Shown in pieces: positions 1-9,442 of a stretch of DNA of 20,000 nt. The stretch is from IMG/VR virus record IMGVR_UViG_3300037808_001436; one strand, 5' to 3'. The notes under the pieces were generated by a model that was not told the DNA's origin, ran no database searches, and saw only the letters and a program-made list of their open reading frames with translations. The position numbers and the translations under genes are program-made. Numbering within the stretch: position 1 is the stretch's first letter; the number at the start of each line of letters is the position of its first letter. Origin of the DNA: an uncultured virus (IMG/VR IMGVR_UViG_3300037808_001436) (Duplodnaviria; Heunggongvirae; Uroviricota; Caudoviricetes).

Positions 1-3000
1 CTTATCTTGTTGGCACAGAACCAGACAGGACTAAATAACCTGTATAAAATGGTGTCTAAGAGTTATACCGAGGAGTATTTCTATCGCTACCCGCGTATGG
101 ACTATGATCTGTTGCGAGAGCACTCAGAGGGGGTTATAGCGGCTTCTGCCTGTCTAGGCGGTGTGTACGCTGGGAACTACTGGGAGAACCGCGACGAGGG
201 CACTGGAGCAGTTTTAGACGCAATGCGTGAGACAACAATAGAGATGCAATCGATCTTTGGAGATCGATGGTATGCAGAACTCCAGTGGAATAACATTCCT
301 GAGCAACACGAACTCAACAAACATATTATTCAGATTGCAAAAGAATTTGATATCAAGATGATCTCAACCGCAGACAGTCACTACCCTAACCCTGATGCGT
401 GGAAGGATCGTGAGTTATACAAACAACTTGGTTGGATAGGTAAGGGCAAACCGAAGTGGAAGACTGATCAAGAAGATGATGAAGAGAAGAGTGTCATCCC
501 CGACAGTGTAGACACGATCGGTTATGAACTATATCCGAAGAACGGCGACCAAATGTGGGAGAGTTATAAGCACTACTCCGAGTTGCAAGGCGCTGAATAC
601 GATGACGAACTGGTTTTACAGAGCATCGAAGAGACATACCGTATTGCCCACGAACGCATCGAAAGTTTTATGCCGGACACAACCGTTCGTCTGCCTGACT
701 TTGTTGTACCCGAGGGAGCGACCGCTACCCAAGCACTCGTTCGCTACGCCATTGATGGACTGCGAGAGTTAAAGCTACACACAAATGATGAGTATGTTCA
801 ACGACTTAGACACGAACTAGATGTTATTGATCGCCGCGGGTTTAGCAAATACTTCCTTACAATGAAAGCCATTGTAGATGAGGCTACTGCGGTAATGCTG
901 GTTGGTCCCGGCCGTGGTAGTGCATGCGGCTCGCTGGTAGCCTACGTATTGAAGATCACGCAGATCGATCCTATCAAGTATGCGCTGCCCTTCGAGCGGT
1001 TCCTGCGATCAGATGCGACTGACTACCCCGATATTGATACAGATGTGTCAGCACCGATGGAGTTGAAGGAGCGACTGATCGAGAAGTGGGGAGAGGATAG
1101 GGTTGCTCCTATTTCAAATTGGAATACGCTCCAATTGAAGTCTCTCATCAAGGACATCTCAAAGTTATATGATATTCCATTTACAGAAGTCAACACTGTA
1201 ACAAGTGCTATGATGAACGAGGCCATCGGCCCAGCCAAAGACCGACACGGCATCAGTGCTGGCGTGTATGTCCCGACTTGGGAAGAAGTGCTAGAATTCT
1301 CAACATCGCTGCGAACATTCTTAGCGCAGCACCCCGAGGTTCAAGAGCGTGTTCAGGGTTTGGTGGGGCAAGTGAGATCTTGCTCACGCCACGCTGGTGG
1401 TCTGTTAGTATCGGAAAACCTGAACGAGAATATGCCTCTCATCAACAGCGGCGGCGTGCGACAGTCACCCTGGGCCGAGGGCCAGAACGTACGGCACCTT
1501 GAACCGATGGGCTTCATCAAGTTTGATCTGCTTGGGCTTTCAACATTGAAGATGATCGAAGGTTGTATCGAACACATCCTCCGACGCCACCATGGGGTAG
1601 AAGAATGTACGTTCGATCAGATCCGAGACTATTATAACGAGAAACTACATCCAGATGTGTTAGACTTAAATGATCAATCGGTTTATAAACACGTGTTTCA
1701 CAAGGGCAACTTTGCCGGCACGTTCCAATTCACAAACAACGGCGCACAGGACTTCTGCAAGAACGTAAAGCCGACGAACATCGCAGAGATTTCAGCAGTA
1801 ACCTCCATCTTCCGGCCGGGACCATTGTCAGCTAAGGTGCACGACCAGTATATCGCAGCCAAGGACGGCATCACTGCCATCGAATGGTACCATCCTATCT
1901 TTAAAGAGATCACAGAAGAAAGTTATGGCCATGTTATCTATCAAGAACAGATCAGCGAGATCACTCACAGGATCGGAAAGGATATTTCCCGAGATGACGG
2001 TAACACAATCCGTAAGCTTCTTACAAAGAAGGGAACAGGGAAGGAACATTTGTTAGTAAAGTTCCGCGAGCAATTTATCCATGGAGCTAGCGAAAAGGGA
2101 ATGTCTATCAGCACAGCCGAAGAGATTTGGTTATTGATGGAGGGCTTCGCGAAGTACGGCTTCTCAAAGAACCACGCGACAGCATACAGCATTATTTCTT
2201 ACCAGTGTGCCTGGCTATGGAAGAAGTATCCTAGCGAGTGGGTTGCAGCATTCCTTGACAAAGAGCCGGAAGCACGCAAGGAGAAAGCCATCAACACCGC
2301 CAAGAGCCATGGCTTTGATATCGAACCTCTTGATATCAACAAATCGGGCACAGTGTGGGAGATTAGTAAAGATGGCAAGACACTTATCCAACCTCTTACC
2401 TCTATTAAAGGACTGGGTATGTCAGCTATTGAGCAAGTGTTAGACCACCGTCCCTTCATGAATGCTGAAGACCTACTATTCCGAGAAGAGGTGTCCTATA
2501 GCAAGTTCAATAAGAAAGCCCTAGACGCCCTTTGCAGAGGTGGTGCATTAGACAATCTGGTAGATGACCGTTTTACTGGCAGAAAACACTTCTGGAGTGC
2601 GTGTGTCGTAGAGCGCCCAAAAAATCTTAAGAAGTTTTTGGAGAATTTGGAAATATACAAGCCAGAAGGCGACTTCTCCGAGGAAGAGATCATCCAGTTT
2701 AAAACTGACCTAACAGGGATCTTCCCGATGAACCTTGTTATGAGCAATGACATGATCATGAAGCTAAAAGAAAAGTATATTCCACCAATTTCTGAGTTTG
2801 ACCCGGATTTGGAAGTATGCTGGTTTATACCTCGCAAAGTCGTGCCTCGCAAAACAAAGAATGGAAAGACTTATTGGATCTTAGAGGTGATTGACTCTAA
2901 TAACGAACTAACTAAGATAAGGTGCTGGGGAGTAAAACCCGAAAAAGATCGCATTCATGTTAACCGTCCGTATATGAGCCGGCTGGATTACAACGATCAG

Positions 3001-3051
3001 TGGGGTTTCTCAACCAGGTCTATTAAATATAATTTTCGACTATTGGGGTAA
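1..3051 (+). CDS. dnaE: DNA polymerase III alpha subunit (family C, DnaE-type), 5'-truncated by the window
   Basis: Frame is open from base 1 (LILLAQNQTGLNNL, PHP domain). Motifs: SACLGG and TADSHY (PHP), GPGRGSACGSLVAYVLKIT, catalytic YPDIDTD, HAGG, KFDLLGL, RPGP, YQEQ, FAKYGFSKNHATAY, and a C-terminal OB-like region. The TTG at 7 is not the true start. Confidence 0.96.
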   Translation, partial: LILLAQNQTGLNNLYKMVSKSYTEEYFYRYPRMDYDLLREHSEGVIAASACLGGVYAGNYWENRDEGTGAVLDAMRETTIEMQSIFGDRWYAELQWNNIPEQHELNKHIIQIAKEFDIKMISTADSHYPNPDAWKDRELYKQLGWIGKGKPKWKTDQEDDEEKSVIPDSVDTIGYELYPKNGDQMWESYKHYSELQGAEYDDELVLQSIEETYRIAHERIESFMPDTTVRLPDFVVPEGATATQALVRYAIDGLRELKLHTNDEYVQRLRHELDVIDRRGFSKYFLTMKAIVDEATAVMLVGPGRGSACGSLVAYVLKITQIDPIKYALPFERFLRSDATDYPDIDTDVSAPMELKERLIEKWGEDRVAPISNWNTLQLKSLIKDISKLYDIPFTEVNTVTSAMMNEAIGPAKDRHGISAGVYVPTWEEVLEFSTSLRTFLAQHPEVQERVQGLVGQVRSCSRHAGGLLVSENLNENMPLINSGGVRQSPWAEGQNVRHLEPMGFIKFDLLGLSTLKMIEGCIEHILRRHHGVEECTFDQIRDYYNEKLHPDVLDLNDQSVYKHVFHKGNFAGTFQFTNNGAQDFCKNVKPTNIAEISAVTSIFRPGPLSAKVHDQYIAAKDGITAIEWYHPIFKEITEESYGHVIYQEQISEITHRIGKDISRDDGNTIRKLLTKKGTGKEHLLVKFREQFIHGASEKGMSISTAEEIWLLMEGFAKYGFSKNHATAYSIISYQCAWLWKKYPSEWVAAFLDKEPEARKEKAINTAKSHGFDIEPLDINKSGTVWEISKDGKTLIQPLTSIKGLGMSAIEQVLDHRPFMNAEDLLFREEVSYSKFNKKALDALCRGGALDNLVDDRFTGRKHFWSACVVERPKNLKKFLENLEIYKPEGDFSEEEIIQFKTDLTGIFPMNLVMSNDMIMKLKEKYIPPISEFDPDLEVCWFIPRKVVPRKTKNGKTYWILEVIDSNNELTKIRCWGVKPEKDRIHVNRPYMSRLDYNDQWGFSTRSIKYNFRLLG

Positions 3052-3057
3052 ACAACA

Positions 3058-3663
3058 ATGAACATCATCAAGTACTTTTCACCGCTCTTAAAAGAGCCAG
3101 AGTTTAAAACAGACCTACCGGTCGTATTACGAGTGAGGAAGTTTGATGACGCCGCCGCCAAAGAGTTTTCAAGTTTAATATCGAGAGCCCAGAACACAGG
3201 GCAGCCAGTTATCCCAATAATAATAGACAGTTACGGTGGGCAAGTATACAGTTTAATGTCTATGATATCAGATATTAAGCATTCAAAGATCCCGGTGGCC
3301 ACCATCGTACAGGGTAAAGCCATGTCATGTGGAGCGATCTTATTTAGCTTTGGTACTGAAGGGTATAGATACATGGACCCGGATTCAACGGTAATGATTC
3401 ATGATGTCAGTTCTATGGCCTGGGGCAAAGTAGAAGAGATTAAAGTAAGTGCAGACGAGACTGATCGTCTCAACAAGAAGATCTATACAATGATGGCAGA
3501 GAACTGTGGTCACCATAAGGACTACTTCCTCGATATCGTCCATGAGAAGGGCCACGCTGACTGGTTCATAGAGGCCGACGAATGCAAGAAGCATAACCTC
3601 GCAAGTCATCTATTTATTCCAGAACTTAAGATCAAGGTAAGTGTTGACTTTAACTTCGGTTAA
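3058..3663 (+). CDS. clpP: ClpP-like serine protease, copy 1 (Ser-His-Asp triad apparently intact)
   Basis: IDSYGGQV, GKAMSCGA (Ser), VMIHD (His), HADWFIEADE (Asp at the position of the canonical RDxFMSAEEA). Confidence 0.9.
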   Translation: MNIIKYFSPLLKEPEFKTDLPVVLRVRKFDDAAAKEFSSLISRAQNTGQPVIPIIIDSYGGQVYSLMSMISDIKHSKIPVATIVQGKAMSCGAILFSFGTEGYRYMDPDSTVMIHDVSSMAWGKVEEIKVSADETDRLNKKIYTMMAENCGHHKDYFLDIVHEKGHADWFIEADECKKHNLASHLFIPELKIKVSVDFNFG

Positions 3664-3675
3664 GGAGAGCGTACC

Positions 3676-4422
3676 ATGGCGGTTAGCACAAAAATTAGAT
3701 GGAAGCGTTATATTAACGAACTTCGGTTTATAAATGAAGAGCTTGACTTCGTAAAGGAGATTAATAAAGCGTCTTCCCGCGAGTTTCAAGCACACTACGA
3801 AGACTATTGTGTTAAAAATGAGCTTGACCTTGCTGGGTTAAACAAAGAGCACAGCGCCAAGCTTGATAAATTATATCAAGGTGAGGGCACACCCGAGGAC
3901 AACAAGCAGAACCCCGAGCTTGGTGCCTATACGGATGGATCTCTCGTAATTCATAATGCCCCCCCCGAACAGCAGTTAAATAGCAGCGATGGCGAGGTAT
4001 ATCCGCAACAGTTAGGTGACTACCAAATGTCGAAAGATGAAATGGAGATCCATGAGGCGTTTAATAAAGTGTTTAGAAAAATAGCACTACTGCTCCACCC
4101 GGATAAATTGGACAAGAGCTTGACAGACGAGGAAAGAGATGTTAAGTTAAATATGTTCAAAGAAGCAAAGACGGCATTGGAAGAACGCAAGTATTTTATT
4201 ATTCTCGACATAGCAGAAAAGTTTAATATCACAACCCCCAAGAATTATAAACAGCAAATTCGCTGGATGAAGAAAGAGACAGGTACATTGAACGAAGAAC
4301 TTTCAAAAGAGAAGAATACATACAACTACATCTTCTCCGAGTGCGACAGCGATCGCGAGAAGGATAACATCGTAAAGAGGTTCATGTCTCAGTTGTTCGG
4401 CCCTCAAGTTTTTAACAAATAG
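3676..4422 (+). CDS. J-domain (DnaJ-like) protein with an internal HPD motif
   Basis: AFNKVFRKIALLLHPDKL followed by a helix III-like MFKEAKTAL. SD AAGGAG at 3662-3667. Confidence 0.82.
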   Translation: MAVSTKIRWKRYINELRFINEELDFVKEINKASSREFQAHYEDYCVKNELDLAGLNKEHSAKLDKLYQGEGTPEDNKQNPELGAYTDGSLVIHNAPPEQQLNSSDGEVYPQQLGDYQMSKDEMEIHEAFNKVFRKIALLLHPDKLDKSLTDEERDVKLNMFKEAKTALEERKYFIILDIAEKFNITTPKNYKQQIRWMKKETGTLNEELSKEKNTYNYIFSECDSDREKDNIVKRFMSQLFGPQVFNK

Positions 4423-4425
4423 TAC

Positions 4426-4454
4426 TTGACAACGCCCCCGCGGCTTGTTATAAT
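4426..4454 (+). promoter_or_regulatory. Consensus sigma70 promoter with extended -10
   Basis: TTGACA 4426-4431, 17-bp spacer, TG at 4446-4447, TATAAT 4449-4454. SD AAGGAGG at 4481-4487 precedes ATG 4492. Confidence 0.9.
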
Positions 4455-4491
4455 ATTAGAGTAAATAAGACCAAACCCACAAGGAGGGAAA

Positions 4492-4743
4492 ATGGCATCA
4501 TCACACGACGAGAAGAAGCAATACGTTAAGGAATATATTCGATCGCTATCAGCGATTGAAGAGTGCATCGAGCCTTACCAAGAACAAAAGCGCGAGCTAC
4601 GTTCAGAATTTCGCCAGAACGGCTGGCTAAATACAGATGAGATTCGAGCAGCAGTGAAGGCATATCGTTTGTTCCGTGGTAACTTCAACATTGACGAGGT
4701 AGTCGATAATTTTAAGACTATTTCTGGAGGGGATGATGCCTAA
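4492..4743 (+). CDS. Small helical DNA-binding protein, GapR/DUF2312 or T4 DsbA-like
   Basis: Pattern YIRSLSAIEE..EQKRELRSEFRQNGWLNTDEIRAAVK resembles the GapR-like 'I..i..leee.....dikev..eak..G.d.k.lr.iv'. Strong SD. Confidence 0.55.
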   Translation: MASSHDEKKQYVKEYIRSLSAIEECIEPYQEQKRELRSEFRQNGWLNTDEIRAAVKAYRLFRGNFNIDEVVDNFKTISGGDDA

Positions 4744-6487
4744 AGCAATTGACATTACGCCTAGTACGGAGGTGCTGTATGCTACCGGCCGGACAGGTTA
4801 TAAATGGCCACAAGCAGCCATGGAGTTACTGGATAACGCAGAGGATGCAATGCGCAGGCAGTATTCTATTCACAAAAAGAAGATGAAGGTATATGTAGAT
4901 CCGATACGGGTCAGTGCCGCTGATCATTCGATTGAAAAAATTATATTCGCAGACAACGGCACCGGAATCGAAAAAAGCTTCCTAGAAAGTGGTAACATTT
5001 TCAAGTTGGGAGAGTCGACGACACGCCATAATTTAAAGAAGGCCACCGGTACTTTTGGGATGGGCCTTAAGGCCGCCGCACAGACTCTTGGAAATCAGGT
5101 CACGATACTCACAACCACTACAGATATTAGCAATTTGGTAGCGGCTACGTGGAACTTTCAAGAAACTATACGTTCTGGTAAATGGGTTGCTACTTTCTTA
5201 CAAAGATATGAATTGACGAAGGAGCAGGTACGAATTTATAAAAAATATGTTGGCATAGGCAGTGGAACCGTGATAATCATTGAAGACATTTCAACCGCTT
5301 TGCCAACACATGTTGCGTTTCGCTCCACTCTTCGTAATAGAGTCGAACATTCCTACCGCCATCTGTTAAACACAGAAAGTGGCTTAGAATATAGTTTTCC
5401 GCAAGAGATTTATATCGGCGGTAAAGGCTCTCCCCCAGTAGCGAAAGATAACGATCCTTTGTGTGTATCGAGTGATCGCACCGATATTATTTATGGTGAT
5501 AAACTTGGTGGATTCAAGACCATGGATTACAATGGGTGGAAATTTAAGATTCGCTTGACACACACGCGTCTTCATAAAGGTGAACAACGTTCGGCAGTGC
5601 CCGGCCTCGAAGGCCTTGGTCAATTTATGGCTGGAGTACAGCGCCAAGGAGCATATTATATCCGTAATGGTCGCGAGATTTGCCGCGGTAGTTTATGGAA
5701 GAGCACTGTTATGTCGTCTAACATGTTTGCGGAGATTGCTTTTATCGACAACGGGAGAGATAATCCAAATAATCCAACGTACATAACCACCGATTATGGA
5801 AAAAAGGGAGTGGTTTTAGATGAAAAATTTGAAACCTGGATCAACAAATATGTAATCGGCCCGCACATAAAGCGTTTATCCAAAGAATCAAGGCTCAACG
5901 CAGCTAAGACAACCAAAGGTTCCCGAGATCAAATCAAGAAAGTGATTGAAAAAACTTCATTGCCTTCTGAACACTTCGGCCGCGCTCGTCAAACCAAGAA
6001 AGAAAAGCAAAATTCAAAGGTTGAAAATATCTTTTCGAAGAGCAAGAAAAAGCCGACCGGTCGCAAGAACTCTAAGTATCGTGGTACCAGCATCATGGCC
6101 GGCCACACCGATATCGACATTAGAATTGAAGAGCAACAGTGGGTTGGCTCCCCCTTCCCATTTAATGTGGAATACACTGCGGGCGATCCGTTCGTGACTG
6201 TGATCATAAATACTGACTTTCCGTGGATTAAGAAAGCGCTTTTTGAAAATACAGATCCAGAGCTTGTCGCAAGAAACTATCAAATGATTTCATCAATTTG
6301 TATTTCTCTTATGTATCAAGATGATGAGACCAAGAATGAAATTCTTGAGCATCAAGGAGTCTTGCTGGACTTATTTGAGGATGAGTTTGGGCAAAGAATT
6401 AGATCAGAGGTGGAAAACATGGAATTAGATATGGTAATTATTCCTGATTCAAGCACCTATCAACAGGAAGAGGCAGCTAACAAATGA
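4736..6487 (+). CDS. GHKL (MORC/Hsp90/MutL-like) ATPase
   Basis: N box AAMELLDNAEDA, G1 FADNGTGI, G2 GTFGMGLKAA, G3 GSGTVIII. Then an S5-like region (GAYYIRNGREI), a Lys-rich linker and a C-terminal IINTDFPW motif. SD GGAGG at 4726-4730 favours ATG 4736 over 4733. Confidence 0.85.
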   Translation: MPKAIDITPSTEVLYATGRTGYKWPQAAMELLDNAEDAMRRQYSIHKKKMKVYVDPIRVSAADHSIEKIIFADNGTGIEKSFLESGNIFKLGESTTRHNLKKATGTFGMGLKAAAQTLGNQVTILTTTTDISNLVAATWNFQETIRSGKWVATFLQRYELTKEQVRIYKKYVGIGSGTVIIIEDISTALPTHVAFRSTLRNRVEHSYRHLLNTESGLEYSFPQEIYIGGKGSPPVAKDNDPLCVSSDRTDIIYGDKLGGFKTMDYNGWKFKIRLTHTRLHKGEQRSAVPGLEGLGQFMAGVQRQGAYYIRNGREICRGSLWKSTVMSSNMFAEIAFIDNGRDNPNNPTYITTDYGKKGVVLDEKFETWINKYVIGPHIKRLSKESRLNAAKTTKGSRDQIKKVIEKTSLPSEHFGRARQTKKEKQNSKVENIFSKSKKKPTGRKNSKYRGTSIMAGHTDIDIRIEEQQWVGSPFPFNVEYTAGDPFVTVIINTDFPWIKKALFENTDPELVARNYQMISSICISLMYQDDETKNEILEHQGVLLDLFEDEFGQRIRSEVENMELDMVIIPDSSTYQQEEAANK

Positions 6488-6942
6488 TTATTCAATATGC
6501 CAAGACACATCCACTGGTTCAGACGCCCGTACGGGCAAATCCCTCTGACGCGGGCCTCGATGTATTCTACTCACCAGTAGATGAACATCTAAAGGTATGC
6601 ATTGCTCCCAGCACCAGTCGTGTTATTCCAACAGGACTTAAGTTCGAGGTACCACACGGTTTCATGCTTGAAGTGAAGAACCGCTCAAGCGTGGCGGCCA
6701 AGAGAAGCTTGCTGGTAGGGGCGTGTGTCGTAGATAGTGGATATAACGGTGAAGTATTTGTAAATCTTCATAATGTTGGTATTGAGAGTCAGTCCATCAA
6801 AGCCGGCGATAAGATTGCACAACTGGTAATGGTGCCGGTACTACATCCACGACCGGTAGAAACATATGAACGTGAGCTATACGCGTCAGCCGTCACAATT
6901 AGCGATAGAGGCGCTGGAGCCTTGGGGAGTACAGATGAATAA
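6484..6942 (+). CDS. dut: dUTPase (trimeric type)
   Basis: Five motifs present: DAGLD, RSS, VDSGYNGE, GDKIAQLV, RGAGALGST. ATGA overlap with the upstream stop. Confidence 0.96.
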   Translation: MIIQYAKTHPLVQTPVRANPSDAGLDVFYSPVDEHLKVCIAPSTSRVIPTGLKFEVPHGFMLEVKNRSSVAAKRSLLVGACVVDSGYNGEVFVNLHNVGIESQSIKAGDKIAQLVMVPVLHPRPVETYERELYASAVTISDRGAGALGSTDE

Positions 6943-7408
6943 AGCAACACAAAAAACACTATTTAGCTCAGCCACAGGCGATTGGGCGACACCACAAAAC
7001 TTCTTTGATAAGTTAAACTGGCGGTTCGGGCCATTTGATCTGGACCCCTGCGCTAGCCCCCACAATACTAAGTGTGCAAACTTCTTCACAGAAATAGAGG
7101 ACGGCTTAGGAAAGGATTGGGAAGGATTCACATGCTTTGTTAACCCTCCGTATGGAAGAGGCATTGACAGGTGGATTGAAAAGGGATATCGCGAGTCGCT
7201 GAAACCACACACAAAGGTGGTCATGCTCATTCCGGCAAGAACAGACACCAAGTATTGGCATAAATATGTTATGCTAGCATCAGAATTGTACTTCGTCAAG
7301 GGCCGCTTAAAGTTTGGAGATAGTACAAACAGCGCCCCATTTCCATCAGCAGTGGTGGTATTTGATGGCGAAAGCAAGCAACAAGTCTTCGGCGCAATGA
7401 ACCGATAA
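6935..7408 (+). CDS. Phage-type DNA N6-adenine methyltransferase (Dam, PF05869-like)
   Basis: DWATPQ, FDLDPCA, catalytic NPPY, LIPARTDT.YWH, GRLKF, SAPFPS. Start placed at ATG 6935 (SD GGGGAG upstream) rather than 6866. Confidence 0.92.
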   Translation: MNKATQKTLFSSATGDWATPQNFFDKLNWRFGPFDLDPCASPHNTKCANFFTEIEDGLGKDWEGFTCFVNPPYGRGIDRWIEKGYRESLKPHTKVVMLIPARTDTKYWHKYVMLASELYFVKGRLKFGDSTNSAPFPSAVVVFDGESKQQVFGAMNR

Positions 7409-7436
7409 CCCAACAGTAAAAAAGGAAAGAACAACA

Positions 7437-7769
7437 ATGGCTAAAGAAACATCAGAAGCAGCAATTTTACAATTACGAGCCAAAGCTCTCGAAGTATATG
7501 GTATTATTAAGGATACCCTTGCAAAACCAGCAGAGGAAGGAGACGCTGATAAGATTGCTGTCCAGGCGCTTAAGCTAGCGCAATTTGAAGGCGGTATGTT
7601 GACACTCCAACAGTATTTTGCATCGGCGACACCAGACCCCGCCGCTGCACCGGGCGCCCCTGCCCCACCACCGGTGGTCATAACTGAAGAAATGTCGCCG
7701 ACACTTCGCAATACAAACGCCGTAAAGAAGGGCACCCCGCGCAAGAAGAAGGCGGAAGAAAGCGAATGA
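7437..7769 (+). CDS. Hypothetical protein (helical N-terminus, Pro/Ala linker, basic tail)
   Basis: Fills the gap in the + strand array, purine-rich upstream site (AAGGAAAG), ATGA overlap with the next gene. Confidence 0.7.
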   Translation: MAKETSEAAILQLRAKALEVYGIIKDTLAKPAEEGDADKIAVQALKLAQFEGGMLTLQQYFASATPDPAAAPGAPAPPPVVITEEMSPTLRNTNAVKKGTPRKKKAEESE

Positions 7770-8023
7770 ACCGCGAGACCCGGAGAGCAATGAGCAAGGA
7801 AATGGGAGAAGATGCCACAGAAAATCTTACCCAAAAAATTTCCCAGTTTGGAAAGCTACCATCGCAATGTTCCGCATGCACAGAGCCATTTGACAAGCAG
7901 GACCGTGACATGTTAGCATCATGGAGCGTCGTTGTAAAGCAGGAAGTGGTCAGATTATTCTGCCCACATTGCATAAAAAAAGCACAGGAGGTAATTGATA
8001 ATGTCAAGAGTACAAAGGATTGA
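7766..8023 (+). CDS. Small putative zinc-finger protein
   Basis: Two CxxC pairs (CSAC and CPHC). Overlapping junctions on both sides. Confidence 0.7.
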   Translation: MNRETRRAMSKEMGEDATENLTQKISQFGKLPSQCSACTEPFDKQDRDMLASWSVVVKQEVVRLFCPHCIKKAQEVIDNVKSTKD

Positions 8024-8366
8024 TAAAAAGAGTCTCGTAAAGATTCTCGATGGTAAAATCAAAGACAGCCACTCAATCATGATTAAGTTTTACGCACCGC
8101 ATTGCCATCTATGTCATAATCTAGCCGACTATTATAAAGATATCGCTAACTCATATGACGACGTACTCTTTTACGCATTTAATATGGACGACGATAATCA
8201 AGAGCTAGAGCAACGCTATAAGTTTTATGGTATACCAACATTTTTTCATGTGAAAACATCCGAAACAGAGACTAAAGTAACGTTAATGCCAGAACCAAAG
8301 AATCCCAACAGTGAGACATGGTACCGCGTTAACGAGATCAAAGATTTCATTAACAAAAATAAATAG
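8001..8366 (+). CDS. Thioredoxin-like protein
   Basis: IKFYAPHCHLC active site and the cis-Pro motif GIPTF. SD GGAGG at 7987-7991 favours ATG 8001. Confidence 0.85.
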   Translation: MSRVQRIDKKSLVKILDGKIKDSHSIMIKFYAPHCHLCHNLADYYKDIANSYDDVLFYAFNMDDDNQELEQRYKFYGIPTFFHVKTSETETKVTLMPEPKNPNSETWYRVNEIKDFINKNK

Positions 8367-8383
8367 GACAAATTCAAACTACA

Positions 8384-9442
8384 ATGACATTATCACTAAA
8401 GGGCCCCTCGTTGCAAACCGCGCTAACATACGATGACGTGCTACTCGTCCCACAATATTCTAATATTCGCTCTCGTTCTGATATCGATATATCAACTGAC
8501 CTGGGAAAAAATCTGGTATTAGAGTTACCAATAATTGCGTCTCCCATGGATACAATCTCGGAGGCTCCCATGGCCATCGCGATGTCAAAACATGGGGGAG
8601 TCGCGATACTACACCGTTATTCCTCGCTTGTTGAGCAACATCGCATGCTAACATACGCCAAGGACGCGGCCGCTGGCCGTCCTCTTACAATAGGGGCAGC
8701 TATTGGAACGACTGGTGACTATTTAGAGCGCGCTAGCGCCATGGTAGCGTCCGGTGTGACCTTCTTGTGCGTTGACGTGGCGCATGGTCACCATATCCTT
8801 ATGAAAGAAGCCCTGATAGCCCTCCGCACTGCTTTGGGTGGTGACATTCATATTATGGCGGGTAACGTCGCGACTCTAGAGGGTGTTAACGACCTATCTG
8901 ATTGGGGCGCCGATTCGGTCCGTTGCAATATCGGTGGCGGCTCAATCTGTTCAACCCGTACTCAAACTGGCCATGGCCTTCCGGGCCTTCAAACAGTAAT
9001 GGAGTGTGCCAAGACGGACCGAAACGTTATGATCATTGCAGATGGTGGAATTCGCAACTCTGGAGATATTGTTAAAGCTCTGGCTGCTGGTGCAGACGCT
9101 GTAATGTGTGGCTCGCTTCTTTCTGGCACAAATGAAACCCCGGGCAAAATCATCGAAGAACAGGATGGAACACGGTGGAAGAAGTATCGCGGCATGGCCA
9201 GCAAAGAAGCACAAATTAGTTGGAGGGGAAAGTATGCATCGTTTGAAGGGGTCTCGTCAAGAGTACCATACCGAGGAGGCGTTAAACATCTCCTGTCTGA
9301 CCTTGAAAGAGGCATCCGATCGGGCCTTTCATACTCCGGCGCAAGGAATATCTCAGAACTCCATTCCACCGCACAGTTTATTCAGCAAACAACATCAGGA
9401 TTATCAGAAAGCCACACCCATATTATTGGGAGGAAGTGGTGA
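8384..9442 (+). CDS. IMP dehydrogenase / GMP reductase family enzyme without CBS domains
   Basis: [28 protein letters not shown], catalytic [32 protein letters not shown]. Confidence 0.93.
   Translation: MTLSLKGPSLQTALTYDDVLLVPQYSNIRSRSDIDISTDLGKNLVLELPIIASPMDTISEAPMAIAMSKHGGVAILHRYSSLVEQHRMLTYAKDAAAGRPLTIGAAIGTTGDYLERASAMVASGVTFLCVDVAHGHHILMKEALIALRTALGGDIHIMAGNVATLEGVNDLSDWGADSVRCNIGGGSICSTRTQTGHGLPGLQTVMECAKTDRNVMIIADGGIRNSGDIVKALAAGADAVMCGSLLSGTNETPGKIIEEQDGTRWKKYRGMASKEAQISWRGKYASFEGVSSRVPYRGGVKHLLSDLERGIRSGLSYSGARNISELHSTAQFIQQTTSGLSESHTHIIGRKW

Noticed and set aside
1..3051. Intein or intron in dnaE
   Set aside because: Conserved motifs follow each other at normal spacing and the frame is continuous. 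I saw no intein splice-junction or LAGLIDADG motifs.
6866..6934. N-terminal extension of the Dam methylase given by the ORF track
   Set aside because: It overlaps dut by 77 bp. ATG 6935 has an SD and gives the normal family N-terminus.
4736..7408. GHKL ATPase plus methylase as a classical MORC-associated restriction-modification system
   Set aside because: There is no adjacent endonuclease, Z1 or helicase gene, dUTPase intervenes, and the methylase is the common orphan phage Dam type. Kept only as a looser hypothesis under findings.
6958..8726. ACTATTTAG variants near 6958 and 8718 as further late promoters
   Set aside because: They differ from CTATTTAT at the last base and lie hundreds of bases from the next start codon. 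Probably chance matches.
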